DNA of 64,000 nt from an uncultured Candidatus Entotheonella sp. (GCA_965215335.1 CBDCDA010000001.1:1600001-1664000), one strand, 5' to 3'. Shown: positions 10,060-20,659, counted from the stretch's first letter. Program-made: numbers and translations. Notes: generated by a model from the sequence alone, not told the origin.

Positions 10060-10525
10060 AGCCTGGCGCCCGTCAACTCTTGGCGCACCCATTGGGTAGC
10101 TTCCACCATGCGCTGAAGTTCCAGCACGGTGAGCCAGCGTGGCAGCGCGACTTGGCAGGCATGACGCGCCTCTTCGACGATGCCCAGCCCCTGCGGCACG
10201 GTGACCGGCGCTACCGGGACGGTAGCGCGGCGGCATGTCGTAGCCGTAGACGCCCGTCTTGCGCAATTCCGGCAGGCGCTCAAGGCCCTCCATGCGGCGG
10301 TAGAAGCTCTGCACGAAGTACCAACGGCGCATTTCGCCGTCCGAGATGACGTCCACGCCGGCGCGCCCTGGTCCAGGATGGCGGCGTTGACCGCGTCGTC
10401 CACGGCCTCGCGGGCATCGGTGCTGCCATGGCGGCCCTGCTCGATTTCTTTCGAACGCGGTTAAAGAACCAGCCCGGGTAGGCATGGCTGCCGACGACGG
10501 TGGTTGGAAGCAGCAGATCGCTCAT
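10060..10525 (-). pseudogene. cobalamin-independent methionine synthase II family pseudogene (frameshifts plus internal deletion)
   Basis: Pieces in different frames: MSDLLLPTTVVGSHAYPGW, DDAVNAAILDQ, AGVDVISDGEMRRWYFVQSF, then a C-terminal-like LPRWL...LQRMVEATQWVRQELTG; far shorter than an intact member. Confidence 0.8.
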
Positions 10526-10550
10526 CGTTCCTCTCGCGGCAAGGACGCTC

Positions 10551-11330
10551 TCAGCGGCCCTTCCAGTTCGGCTTGCGTTTTTCGGCAAAGGCTTTCGGTC
10601 CCTCGACGATGTCCTCGGAACGCCGCATGGCGGTGCTCTGGGTGTACGCCAGGTTGAGGGCAATATCCAGCGGGTGGCCGAGTCCCGTCATCGCCGCCTC
10701 TTTGCTGGCCCGGATGGACAGCGGCGCGCCCTCCAGGATGTCCTGCGCCCAGTGCCGGACGGTGGGCATGAGGTCGGCGAGCGGCACCACCTCGTTGACG
10801 ATGCCCCAGCGGTGCGCTTCCTGCGCCGTCATGTGGCGGCCGGTCAGGATGTAGCCCATGGCGATCTTCTGCGGCATCATGCGCGGCAGCCGGTGCACCC
10901 CGCCGGCGCCCGCCATCAGCCCGACGCGCGGCTCGGGCAGGCCGAGACGGGCGTGATCGGCGGCGATGATGAGGTCACACGCCAACGCCATCTCGAAGCC
11001 GCCGCCGAGCGCGAAGCCATTGACTGCGGCAATGATCGGCTTCCAGCAATTCGTGCGCTTGGCCAGGCCACCGAAGCCGCTCTCGCCGACCCGCACCATG
11101 TTCAGGCCGTGTTCGGCCGTGTATTTCAGATCATTGCCCGCCGAAAACGCCTTGTCGCCGCTGCCGGTAAGGATGCCGATCCACGTCTCGGGGTCGTTCT
11201 GGAAGTCGTTCCAGATATCGTGCAGCTCGAGGTTGGCGGGCGGATGCAGGGCGTTCATGCGCTCCGGACGGTTGATCGTCACCGTCGCGATGCGGCCTTC
11301 TTTCTCATAGGTAGCAAATTCGTATGCCAT
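10551..11330 (-). CDS. enoyl-CoA hydratase/isomerase (crotonase) family protein
   Basis: ATVTINRPERMNAL, AFSAGNDLK, KPIIAAVNGFALGGGFEMALACD, GLPEPRVGL and FAEKRKPNWKGR. Confidence 0.95.
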   Translation of the reverse strand: MAYEFATYEKEGRIATVTINRPERMNALHPPANLELHDIWNDFQNDPETWIGILTGSGDKAFSAGNDLKYTAEHGLNMVRVGESGFGGLAKRTNCWKPIIAAVNGFALGGGFEMALACDLIIAADHARLGLPEPRVGLMAGAGGVHRLPRMMPQKIAMGYILTGRHMTAQEAHRWGIVNEVVPLADLMPTVRHWAQDILEGAPLSIRASKEAAMTGLGHPLDIALNLAYTQSTAMRRSEDIVEGPKAFAEKRKPNWKGR

Positions 11331-11428
11331 AGTCAGTGGCTCCCCATTCTTCCCTCTGTACGATCCGGCAGCGCAGGGCTCAGCGCGGCCCAGTATGCCG
11401 ACGCTGCCTTGCCGGTGCAAAAGAAAAC

Positions 11429-11986
11429 CTAATTCGCCAGGCGCGATACGTCTACTTCCGGGCGCAAGATCCGGGGGTGCCACCAGCCGCTGGTTTCCTG
11501 GCACTGCCGGCGCCACTTCCAGGAAATGAAGGTGGCGTGCCGGAGCATGGAGCGCCGCAGCGTGCCGTACTGGCCGATGCGGTCGAGAAAATCGAACGTC
11601 AGCGTGTTCTCGATGCGCTTGCGGGCCATCCAGCAGTGCTGCACGGCGGCGGGAATGCCCTTGTAGTAGAGCACGAAATGCAGGTATTCGTGCGCCAGAT
11701 AAAGCTCGACGATGCGCGGCACGCCGGAAAAGGCATGCACCGGATGCAGGTGCACCTCGCCCTTCCGAAGGTCGGCCATGGCAGCGCCCTTGTCGAGTTC
11801 CACCAGGCGAATGGCGGGCCGTGCGATGAGGCCGTTGCCCTTGCCGAGTTTCACCGCATATTGCCACAACGCTTCCTGCCGGGATTCGGACGGGATTTGC
11901 GGGCGTTCCTGCGCCGCCGGGGGGCTGAAAGCGCCGAGAACCAGCAAGGCAAGCAGGATGCCGCAGCTTGCGCCCGTGTCGCGCAC
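11429..11986 (-). CDS. secreted hypothetical protein with HExxH zinc-binding motif
   Basis: Hydrophobic signal peptide ending PPAAQ; YLAHEYLHF motif. Confidence 0.65.
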   Translation of the reverse strand: MRDTGASCGILLALLVLGAFSPPAAQERPQIPSESRQEALWQYAVKLGKGNGLIARPAIRLVELDKGAAMADLRKGEVHLHPVHAFSGVPRIVELYLAHEYLHFVLYYKGIPAAVQHCWMARKRIENTLTFDFLDRIGQYGTLRRSMLRHATFISWKWRRQCQETSGWWHPRILRPEVDVSRLAN

Positions 11987-12002
11987 AGGTTCCCCCCGGC
12001 TA

Positions 12003-12841
12003 GGCTCAGGACCTATAAAGGGTTATCATTGAACATATCGGATTCAAGACCCTGACTCCACGGGGAGGTTCATCATGCCCGATCATCACTTCTGGCTCTC
12101 CGATGCGCAGTTTGCCCGACTCCAACCCCTGCTACCCAACAAGGTGCGCGGCGTCCCGCGCGTCGATGACCGAAAGGTCATCAGCGGCATCATCCACGTC
12201 ATTCGATACGGTCTGATGTGGCGCCCGCGCCCGCCTGCTACGGTCCCCACAAGACGCTCTACAACCGCTTCGTGCGCTGGAGCAAGGCCGGTGTCTTCGA
12301 CCGCATCTTCCAAACCCTGGCCGCCGACAGCACGGCCACCGAGACCGTCATGATCGACAGCACGCATCTCAAGGCGCATTGCACCGCTGCCAGCCTGCTC
12401 GAGGGGGGCTTTTCCGCGCCATGTCGGGCGTACCCGAGGCGGCCTCGACTCGAAACTTCACGCCGTCTGCGACGGCGACGGCAAGCCCGTCGTCATGGTG
12501 TTGACTGCGGGCCAGGTCAGCGACTATCGCGGGGCGGACATGGCGCCGCCCGCATTGCCGGAGGCCGACGTGCTGATTGCCGACAAGGGTTATGACAGCC
12601 CGGCTGCGCAAGGCGCTTGCCGAGCGCAAGATCAAGCCCTGTATTCCAGGCCGTGCCAATCGTAAAGAGCCGATTGTCTACGACACGGAGCTTTACAAGA
12701 GCCGTAATCTCATCGAGCGCCTGTTCGGTCGTCTCAAGGATTGGCGTCGCATCGCCACGCGCTATGACCGGTGTGCGCACACCTTTTTCAGTGCCATCTG
12801 TATTGCTGCCACGGTCATCTTCTGGTTATGAGTCCTGAACC
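12003..12841 (+). mobile_element. IS5 family insertion sequence (IS427-like subgroup), degenerate
   Basis: Imperfect terminal IRs GGCTCAGGACCTATA (12003-12017) and TATGAGTCCTGAACC (12827-12841), each flanked by TA (12001-2, 12842-3); 839 bp. Confidence 0.9.
12075..12831 (+). pseudogene. IS5 family transposase, multiple frameshifts
   Basis: Fragments in different frames: WLSDAQFARLQPLLP..GVPRVDDRKVISGI, YGPHKTLYNRFVRWS..MIDSTHLKAH, GRTRGGLDSKLHAVCD, IADKGYD, YKSRNLIERLFGRLKDWRRIATRYDR. Confidence 0.9.
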
Positions 12842-12892
12842 TACGGGTCATTCCCCCGCTGTCAAGCAACGTCCTGATAATAAAGGCAATTC

Positions 12893-14080
12893 ATGTACAT
12901 CGAAAGCTCAGAGCCATTGCGCCGCCTCTGTGCGCAAGCGCGAACTGAAGGACGGTTGGCGATCGACCTCGAATTCATCCGCGAAAATACCTACGCCCCG
13001 CAACTGGCGCTGATCCAGGTCGCCATCAGCGGTACATGCGCAATCGTCGACCCGCTGGAGGTGGACGATTTGTCGCCCTTGGTCGAGGTGTTAACGCACC
13101 CCGGCGTACTTAAGGTGCTGCACGCCGCCGGCCAGGACGTCGAGGTGCTGCACTGGCGCACCGGCAGCGTTGCCACGCCAATCTTTGATACCCAGATCGC
13201 CGCCTCCATGGCCGGGATCGGTGAGCAATTGTCATACGGCCGGCTGGTGGACACCCTGCTGGGCATATCGCTGACAAAGGGCGAGAGCTATTCGGACTGG
13301 CTGCGTCGCCCGCTGTTGCCCTCGCAGACCAAGTACGCCCTGGACGACGTGCGCTATCTGCTGCCGATGCACGACCGTCTCCACAAGCGTCTCGACGCCA
13401 TGGGGCGGGGCGCATGGGCCGCCGACGAGTGCCGAAAATTCACCGATCCCGCCCTGTACGAGCGCGACCCGCGCACCCTCTACCGTCGTATCCGCAACGG
13501 CAGGAACCTGTCGCCGCAGGGACTGGCCGTTCTGCGCGAATTGGCGGCGTGGCGTGACGACGAAGCGCGGCAACGCAACCGCCCGCACGGACGCGTGCTC
13601 AGCAACGAAATCCTGGTGGACCTGGCTCGCCGGGCGCCGCAGACCCGCGCCGATTTGCAACGCCTGCGCGGCCTGCCGCAGCGCGAGTTCGAGCGCTCGG
13701 CGGAAGCCATTCTGGCGATGGTGCAACGCGGGCTCGAGGTGCCCGAGGCGGATCAGCCGCAGCCGGAAAATCGAGCCCACCGCCTGACACCATCCGAGGA
13801 ATTGACCGTAAAATTCCTCGACGCCAGCCTCAAAGCCCTGTGCCAGCGCGAAAAGCTCCCCCCCTCGTTCATTGCCAACCGCAACGATCTCGAAATGCTG
13901 GTGCGGCGCTATCGCAAGGACCGCCTGGCCACCGAGGGCAGCCCGGTGCTGGGAGGATGGCGCGGCGAATTGGTGGGACGAGATCTGCTGGCCGTCCTCG
14001 AAGGGCGCCTCAGCCTCCACCTGCATCCCAAAACCGGCAAGGTGACCTTCACCGCCCGGCATCGTCGCGCCCGGACATAA
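12893..14080 (+). CDS. rnd: ribonuclease D
   Basis: AIDLEFIRENTYAPQLALIQ, KVLHAAGQD, FDTQIAA, SDWLRRPL, YALDDV (DEDD exonuclease) plus an HRDC domain. Confidence 0.95.
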   Translation: MYIESSEPLRRLCAQARTEGRLAIDLEFIRENTYAPQLALIQVAISGTCAIVDPLEVDDLSPLVEVLTHPGVLKVLHAAGQDVEVLHWRTGSVATPIFDTQIAASMAGIGEQLSYGRLVDTLLGISLTKGESYSDWLRRPLLPSQTKYALDDVRYLLPMHDRLHKRLDAMGRGAWAADECRKFTDPALYERDPRTLYRRIRNGRNLSPQGLAVLRELAAWRDDEARQRNRPHGRVLSNEILVDLARRAPQTRADLQRLRGLPQREFERSAEAILAMVQRGLEVPEADQPQPENRAHRLTPSEELTVKFLDASLKALCQREKLPPSFIANRNDLEMLVRRYRKDRLATEGSPVLGGWRGELVGRDLLAVLEGRLSLHLHPKTGKVTFTARHRRART

Positions 14081-14098
14081 GGGCGATCAGACCTTCTT

Positions 14099-14917
14099 TC
14101 ATATGTTCGACCGCGACTGGCAGCCGTCCACGTTGATGCAGGCGCCGGTCATCAGCGACGCCCGCTGCGAGGCCAGGAATACCACCATCGCCGCCACTTC
14201 TTCCGGGTGGCCGAAGCGCTCCAAGGGCATTTCGGTGCGTACGAAATTGGCGATAACCCCCGGGTTGTCCTGCTGCCGCCGCTCCCACGAGCCGCCGGGA
14301 AACAGGATCGAGCCCGGTGCCACCACGTTGACCAGAATCCCGTCTTGAGCCAGCTGCTTGGCCAGTGACTTCGACCAGCTGTTCATGCCCGCCTTGACCA
14401 CGTTGTAGGTCATGGGGCCGCCCGCTTCCCGGCCGTAAATCGACGAGATGTTGATGATGCGCCCGCCGCCGCGCTGGCGCATGAGCGGAATCGCCTGACG
14501 CGAGGCGCGAATGGCCGCGAACAGGTTCAGGTCCAGTGCCACGTTCCAGTCGTCGTCACTGGTGTCCCACGTCTGACCGCCCCGCGAGCCGCCCACGTTG
14601 TTGATCAGAATGTCGAGGCCGCCAAACGCCGCCGCCGCACCATCGATGACGCGCTCGATGTCCGCCGGTTGCGTCATGTCCGCTTGCACGCCCAGCACCA
14701 CTCGCTGCGCTCGTGCTGCCTCGTCTTCTACGCTCGCTAGCGCTTGCCGTGGGGCGTGCTGCGCGGCCTCGCGCTCGGTCTGCCGCAACGCCGCCTCGCC
14801 GCGCGCCGAAAAAGCAACCTTGCAGCCCTCGCTTGTCAACTCCAGCACGATGGCCCTGCCAATGCCCTTGCTGCCGCCGGTAACGACGGCCACTTGATCT
14901 CGCAAACCCAAGTCCAT
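14099..14917 (-). CDS. SDR family oxidoreductase
   Basis: TGGSKGIG, INNVG, YNVVK (YxxxK) and VNVVAPG. Confidence 0.93.
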   Translation of the reverse strand: MDLGLRDQVAVVTGGSKGIGRAIVLELTSEGCKVAFSARGEAALRQTEREAAQHAPRQALASVEDEAARAQRVVLGVQADMTQPADIERVIDGAAAAFGGLDILINNVGGSRGGQTWDTSDDDWNVALDLNLFAAIRASRQAIPLMRQRGGGRIINISSIYGREAGGPMTYNVVKAGMNSWSKSLAKQLAQDGILVNVVAPGSILFPGGSWERRQQDNPGVIANFVRTEMPLERFGHPEEVAAMVVFLASQRASLMTGACINVDGCQSRSNI

Positions 14918-14955
14918 GGGGAAATTCCTTTCTTCAGTCAGATGATGTAGGAACG

Positions 14956-16320
14956 TCAGGCGCCGACGAGCACGACGTACATGTCCATGACGTTGGTGCC
15001 AGTCGGCCCGGTGAGCAACAGATCACCGAGTGCCTGGAAGAAATGATAGGCGTCGTTGCGGTGCAGGAACGCCTCGGGCTGCAGGCCGAGCGCCTCGGCG
15101 CGCGCCAGCGTGCGGCCATCGACCAAGGCGCCGGCGGCATCGGTGGGGCCGTCGGTGCCGTCGGTGCCGCCGCTGAGCACGACGGTGCCGTCCAGCTCGG
15201 CGATGTGCAGCGCGGCGGCGAGGGCAAATTCCTGACTGCGCCCACCCTTGCCGTTGCCGCACACGGTAACGGTCGTTTCGCCACCGGAAATCACGCAGGC
15301 GGGCGGCGGAACGGGCTGGCCGCTTTGGCGGATTTCCTGTGCGATGGCGGCGTGCATGCGGGCGATGTGGCGCGCCTCGCCCTCAAGGGTTGACGACAGC
15401 AGCAGGGTCGTGTAACCCCGCGCCTCGGCGGCCTCCTGCGCGGCACGCAGGGCGAGTCGGTTGTTCGCCACGACCACTGTTTGCCCCAGCTCAAAGACGG
15501 GATCATCGGCCTGGGGCGTTTCGGCCACATTTCCCGCCAAGCCCTGCTGCAAATGGGCGTGAATGCTGTTCGGCACGCGGTCGAGCAGATCGTAGCGCGC
15601 GAGGATGCTCAGGCAGTCCCGGAACAGCGTCGGGTCGGGCACCGTTGGCCCCGAAGCAATGGCATCGAGGCGGTCGCCGACTACGTCGGACAGCACCAGG
15701 GTGATCAACCGCGCCGGGGCCGCCAGACGCGCCAGTTGGCCCCCCTTGATGGCGGACAGATGCTTGCGGATGACGTTGATTTCGTCGATACGCGCGCCGC
15801 AGTCGATGAGCAGGCCGGTCATCCGCTGTTTTTCGGCCAACGAAATACCGGCGCTTGGGGCCGGCCACAACGCCGAGCCGCCGCCCGACAGCAGGCAGAA
15901 TACCAAGTCGTCGGCGCCCGCCCGCCGCGCCAGTTCCATAGCGGCGTCAGCGCCGCGCAACCCGGCAGCGTCCGGGATCGGGTGGGCCGCCTCGTGGAGC
16001 GTCACCCGCGCCACGGGCGCGACGTGCTCATACTTGACCGTCACCGCCCCGGCGCTTATCCGGGCGCCCAAAATCGCTTCCAGACCCTGCGCCATGACGG
16101 CGCTCCCCTTGCCGGTGCCGACGACGTAGATATGCGAAAAGCGCTGCAGGTCATAGGCCACGTCGTCCACTTCCAGCGTGTCGCCGCGACGCACCACGGC
16201 GCGCTGCACGGCAACCACGGGGTTCACGGCAGCCACGCCGGCGGCAAAAATGGCCCGGCTGTCGTCGCGTAATCGGGCCAGGGAGGAGGGGGAGGACTGG
16301 CGGGGAGGGTCAAGTGACAT
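14956..16320 (-). CDS. glycerate kinase type 2 (MOFRL / TtuD-GckA family)
   Basis: HEAAHPIPD, LSGGGSAL, RKHLSAIKGG, SDVVGD, IASGPT, GGETTV, GTDGTDGP and TGPTGTNVMD. Confidence 0.93.
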   Translation of the reverse strand: MSLDPPRQSSPSSLARLRDDSRAIFAAGVAAVNPVVAVQRAVVRRGDTLEVDDVAYDLQRFSHIYVVGTGKGSAVMAQGLEAILGARISAGAVTVKYEHVAPVARVTLHEAAHPIPDAAGLRGADAAMELARRAGADDLVFCLLSGGGSALWPAPSAGISLAEKQRMTGLLIDCGARIDEINVIRKHLSAIKGGQLARLAAPARLITLVLSDVVGDRLDAIASGPTVPDPTLFRDCLSILARYDLLDRVPNSIHAHLQQGLAGNVAETPQADDPVFELGQTVVVANNRLALRAAQEAAEARGYTTLLLSSTLEGEARHIARMHAAIAQEIRQSGQPVPPPACVISGGETTVTVCGNGKGGRSQEFALAAALHIAELDGTVVLSGGTDGTDGPTDAAGALVDGRTLARAEALGLQPEAFLHRNDAYHFFQALGDLLLTGPTGTNVMDMYVVLVGA

Positions 16321-18565
16321 GCGGTTCTCCACCCGGCGGGCCGAAAAAGATGGTTTCCATGACGTCGAGGCACTGCCTGCGACGCAAGGCCTCGTCGCTC
16401 GTCATCCCCTCTGCCTGATGACGCGCGCCTTGCAGGTAGGCCGCCACCGCGTCGCCCACCAGCCCGCGGGCGTCTTTGCCGTATGACGCCAACTGGTCGT
16501 CCAGCCAGCGCGACACCGTCTCTGGCATGCCTTGGCCCTGACTGCAAGCGAGCGCTCGTTCTTCGAAGTCCGGCACGAGGCGTTCGACGAAATCGAGCCG
16601 CTTGTCAAGCGACACCAGGGCGGAAATGCGCAGCGCGTAGTCCGGCAGGTCAACGCCGATGGTCGCCAGCATCTGACGGGTGAAGGCGTCGGCCAGGCGT
16701 TGCGCCAGGGCATCGGTGGCCGCCTTGCTGCGCGTCAGGGCGTCGTCCCCGGCCTCGATGCCCAAGGGCGGCGCCGGGACTTCCAGGTACAGCTTGTTCT
16801 TGGGCTCGGTGCCGGAGGGTCGAATGATGGCGCGTGCGCCGTTGGCCAATCGATACGCCAACACGTTGCGGGCCGCGCGATCGGTCTCGGACAGCAACGG
16901 GCCGTGCACGCCCCTTTCGTTCCAGTGGTCGACCGCCCGCGTTACCTCCCAGCCGGCGATTTCCGCGGGCGGGTTGCGGCGCAGGGCGTCCTGAATGTGT
17001 TGAATGCGGCTGGTGCCTTCCGCTCCGCTCATCACCATCGAAGTGCCGAGGTTGGCGAAGTAGCCGTGGCGCTTGTAGATGCCGTCCAGGTAGTCGAGCA
17101 GTACCCGTCCCTGCTGGCGCTGCCAGGCCGCCAGCTCAGCCAGCAGCAGGGCGGCGCCGGCGGCGTCTTTGTCGCGCAGCCCCGGAGTCACCAGGATGCC
17201 GTGGCTCTCCTCGACGGCGATGATGAAGTCGTCCAGTGTGGCGGTCACGGCGCCGTATCGTTGCCGCTGCTCGATCTGGTGCAGCACGTTGGCATGGTAC
17301 TTGATGCCGACCAGCAGGTCGCCGATCAGCGTGCCGCCGAAGTGGGCGGTAATGGGCCGCAGAAGCTCGGTGGTCACTTCGGTCTTGATCGCCAGCGGGC
17401 GGGCAGGCAGGCGTCCGAGGCGTTGCAGTTGCTCCAGCTTGTAATGGGTGACCAGGACGGCGATTTCGTTGCCGGTGAGAAAACGGTAGGCGCCGTCCGG
17501 GGTGCGCGAGCAGGCGCCGATACGGTCGGCATCAGGATCGCAGGCCAGCACCGCGTCGGCGCCCGCTTTCCCGGCCATCGCCATGCCCAGCGCCATGGCC
17601 TGCGGCACCTCCGGGTTCGGAGCACGGAACGGCACCGCCGGAAAGGCGCCATCCGGAGGCGCCTGCTCGTCCACCATGACGACTTCAAACCCTGCTCGCC
17701 GCAGCACCGCGCCGACCGTGCTGTCAGCCGTGCCGTGCAGTGGAGTGAACACGATCCTGGCGTGCCGCGACGCCGGTTGCAGCGACTGCGCAACGTTCAG
17801 TGCCACGTACGCCTCGTGCACCCGCGGCGGCACCGGCGACAGCAGCCCGCTGGCCTTGGCAGCGGCAAAATCGAGCGTCTCGACCCGTGTGATGTCCGCC
17901 ACCTTGTTGGCCATCGCCTCGTCGTCGGGCGGCACGTCCTGCGCTCCCTGGGCGTTGTAAAACTTGCCGCCGTTGTCGTCGGGATGGTTGTGCGAGGCGG
18001 AGATGTTGAGCCCGGCGCTGGCGCCGAGGGCACGGATGGTATACGACAGCTCGGGCGTGGAGATATACGTCCCGGCGTCTTCCGGCAGCATGTGCACGAC
18101 GACCCCGTGTGCGGCATACACGCCCGCCGCCACACGCGCAAAATCCCGCGACGTCATGCCGAGCAGCGGGTTGGGCAGGTCGGGGTTATACAACCCGCGC
18201 AGGTCCTGGAACACCCGCACGTCGTAGGCGATGACCACCGCGAGCGGCGCCCCGGGATGGCGCTCCTGAAGATAGGCGACGTGCCCCTGCACGGACGACG
18301 CCAGGGTCCACGGATTGAAGCGGTTCGGACCGATACCCACCGGCCCGCGGCGCCCGCCGGTGCCGAACGGCAGCACACGATAAAAGCTGTCCAGCAAGAG
18401 CGACCAGCGCTCCGCATCGATCAACCAGTGCAACTGCGTACGGTACGGCGCCAGGGCGTCCGCGGTGAGCCAGTAGGCCAGGGCATGCAGGGCGTTCTGC
18501 TTGAGTGATTCGGCCACCTGCAAGCCCGCAAAACTCCGTTGCGCACGGCGTTGGAAGTCGTCCAT
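16310..18565 (-). CDS. phospho-sugar mutase (phosphoglucomutase/phosphomannomutase family) with N- and C-terminal extensions
   Basis: FGTGGRRG, SASHN (phosphoserine), DPDADR (metal loop), EESHG and RPSGTEPK; start at MDDFQ after GGAGAGG. Confidence 0.92.
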   Translation of the reverse strand: MDDFQRRAQRSFAGLQVAESLKQNALHALAYWLTADALAPYRTQLHWLIDAERWSLLLDSFYRVLPFGTGGRRGPVGIGPNRFNPWTLASSVQGHVAYLQERHPGAPLAVVIAYDVRVFQDLRGLYNPDLPNPLLGMTSRDFARVAAGVYAAHGVVVHMLPEDAGTYISTPELSYTIRALGASAGLNISASHNHPDDNGGKFYNAQGAQDVPPDDEAMANKVADITRVETLDFAAAKASGLLSPVPPRVHEAYVALNVAQSLQPASRHARIVFTPLHGTADSTVGAVLRRAGFEVVMVDEQAPPDGAFPAVPFRAPNPEVPQAMALGMAMAGKAGADAVLACDPDADRIGACSRTPDGAYRFLTGNEIAVLVTHYKLEQLQRLGRLPARPLAIKTEVTTELLRPITAHFGGTLIGDLLVGIKYHANVLHQIEQRQRYGAVTATLDDFIIAVEESHGILVTPGLRDKDAAGAALLLAELAAWQRQQGRVLLDYLDGIYKRHGYFANLGTSMVMSGAEGTSRIQHIQDALRRNPPAEIAGWEVTRAVDHWNERGVHGPLLSETDRAARNVLAYRLANGARAIIRPSGTEPKNKLYLEVPAPPLGIEAGDDALTRSKAATDALAQRLADAFTRQMLATIGVDLPDYALRISALVSLDKRLDFVERLVPDFEERALACSQGQGMPETVSRWLDDQLASYGKDARGLVGDAVAAYLQGARHQAEGMTSDEALRRRQCLDVMETIFFGPPGGEPHVT

Positions 18566-18844
18566 GCTGCCCTCTCCACCGTTGAAGGTCCGGTCCCAAA
18601 GGCGACAAAAGGCCATTTGGCGTGACGTCGGGTTACGCCGCGCTCGAAGCACCAATCGGCGCAGACCCTGGCAACTCTTTTGCGCGTGCGTTCGTTAGCC
18701 GGGGTTCCCGAACAGACGCCGGCGCACCACTTCGCTGCTCTCGGATTCGTCGTTGGCCATCAGGCCGCGGGCAACGCGGCGGCCGACCTTGGTGATCCGT
18801 TCCTGCCACCTCGCAGCGGAGGTGCTTCCTGCATCGCCTGGCGC

Positions 18845-18869
18845 CGCGACAAGCCGCCGGCTTGTCGCG
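18845..18869. repeat. perfect 12-bp inverted repeat with 1-nt centre
   Basis: CGCGACAAGCCG-C-CGGCTTGTCGCG. Confidence 0.7.
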
Positions 18870-19124
18870 CACTCCTTCGGGTACGCCCCTCTATGGTGAC
18901 CTGTACTGAGACATGAACGGGTTTTCCCGGTCGATGACGACATTCAGCAAGCAATGACGGGGGCGACGATTGTTGCAAACGACCCCCTTCGTGTCAATTT
19001 TGCCAGCCCCTCGACGAATGCGATCCCTTCTGTTATGCTCTGCCGCTCGTCACGCCGGAATTGAATTTCCGCTGGACCTCTCGACCAGCGCTCTGATTCT
19101 TCAGGGAGTAGGAAAATCATAGAC

Positions 19125-20525
19125 ATGCGGCGCATCATATTTTGCCAGGAGCAGATGTTTCTGGCGCAGGGATGTCCTGCGCTCTCGGACGACGATACGG
19201 TGCTCTACGTGGTGGACGATAAAGCTTTCGAAGGCCGCCTCGCCGAGGCGGGATACGACGCGCTGTGCGGTGACTTTCGCGATCCGGACACCTATCAACG
19301 CGCCCGCATCGGGCAGGACGATCAAATTCTCGTGCAGGTGCAGAACGAAGCGCTGATGGAGGACATCGTCGACAATTTATACCGCATTGCCAAACCTCCG
19401 TCCGTGGCCGTGGTCACGGCCAACGGCGCCTCTCCCGCCTTGCCCCCCAGCGTCAAGCACATCTCCGTCGGAAGCCTTCTCTGCCAAGACTCCCAACTCA
19501 AACTGCGACACGCCCGCGAGCACCAAAACGTGCAACACTTGCGGGAAGCCCTGTGCGAGGCCGACAACCTGCTGATTCTCATCCAGCACGACCCGGACCC
19601 CGACGCCATTGCCAGCGCCCTGGCCCTGCGCACCCTCCTCGGACGTAACCGGAAGACCGCCGCCATTGGCTCCTTTGGCAAGGTGACGCGGCCCGAAAAC
19701 GTCGCCATGGTGCAGTTGCTCGATGTCAAGATCGAGCACATCACCACCAAATCACTCAGCAGGTACGACGCCATTGCCATGGTGGACGTGCAGCCGCCGT
19801 ACTTCGGCGACATGGTGCTGCCGCGCGTTGACGCGGTAATTGATCACCATCCGTGCGTGGGTAATTACGCCACCCGCTACCGGGACGTGCGAGCGGCCTT
19901 TGGCGCCACCGCCACCATCTTCGTGCGCTACCTGCAAGCGGTCGAGGCCAAGATTACCCAGCGCCTGGCCACGGCCTTGTATTACGGCATCAAGACCGAC
20001 ACCCTCTTCCTCGGACGCGAAACCACCAAAGCCGACATCGAGGCGTTCGCCTACCTGTACCCGCTCGCCAACCACGCGCTCATCCGCCGCATGCAGCGCC
20101 CCAAATTGCCGCTACGCGACCTCGACGCCTTCGCTTATGCGCTGCGCAGCCGCACGGTCATCGGCCCCGTCTTTTTCACGCACCTCGGCATCGTCGAGCG
20201 CGAAGACGTATTGCCGCAGTTCGCCGAGTTTTGCTTGCACGTGGGCGGGGTGGAGTGGTCCGTGGTGTCCGGCATTTTCGGCGGCAACCTGATCGTATCG
20301 GTACGCAACGTGGAAAACGTCAAAAGCGCCGGTGAATTGGTGCGCCACGCCTTCGGGCACCTCGGCAGCGCCGGCGGCCACCGCTCCATGGCCAAAGCCG
20401 TCATCCCCCTGGCCAACCTGGAGCAAGCCTTCGGCCGCCTTAGCGACGTCGAGATCAGCCGGTTCATTCAGCAGGAAGTATCGCAATACCTGGGTGTCGC
20501 GACCCCCGCTGCCGTTTTCGCCTGA
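19125..20525 (+). CDS. DHH family phosphoesterase with N-terminal TrkA-N-like domain
   Basis: HDPDPDAIASA, IDHH, GIKTDT and SAGGH motifs; N-terminal GDFRDPDTYQRARI is TrkA-N-like. Confidence 0.9.
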   Translation: MRRIIFCQEQMFLAQGCPALSDDDTVLYVVDDKAFEGRLAEAGYDALCGDFRDPDTYQRARIGQDDQILVQVQNEALMEDIVDNLYRIAKPPSVAVVTANGASPALPPSVKHISVGSLLCQDSQLKLRHAREHQNVQHLREALCEADNLLILIQHDPDPDAIASALALRTLLGRNRKTAAIGSFGKVTRPENVAMVQLLDVKIEHITTKSLSRYDAIAMVDVQPPYFGDMVLPRVDAVIDHHPCVGNYATRYRDVRAAFGATATIFVRYLQAVEAKITQRLATALYYGIKTDTLFLGRETTKADIEAFAYLYPLANHALIRRMQRPKLPLRDLDAFAYALRSRTVIGPVFFTHLGIVEREDVLPQFAEFCLHVGGVEWSVVSGIFGGNLIVSVRNVENVKSAGELVRHAFGHLGSAGGHRSMAKAVIPLANLEQAFGRLSDVEISRFIQQEVSQYLGVATPAAVFA

Positions 20526-20659
20526 AACGCCGCCCCGGCCTGTTCGGGCATCGCCCGCAACAACGCCTTGACGATGGTAGCCGAGTCGCTCGCCGCCAGA
20601 CCGAGAAAGACCCCGATCTGATTCTCGCCCTCGCCGCCGCCGGTCAGCGCCGCATCCAG

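Noticed and set aside
18695..18943. flgM gene call
   Set aside because: Similarity is limited to a loose C-terminal pattern and there is no flagellar context; listed only as a low-interest lead.
20526..20659. In-frame continuation after the amidohydrolase TAG (LDAALTGGG..IGVFLGLAASDSATIVKALL) as stop-codon readthrough
   Set aside because: No recoding signal or pyrrolysine genes; at most a short remnant of a membrane transporter gene, too weak to call.
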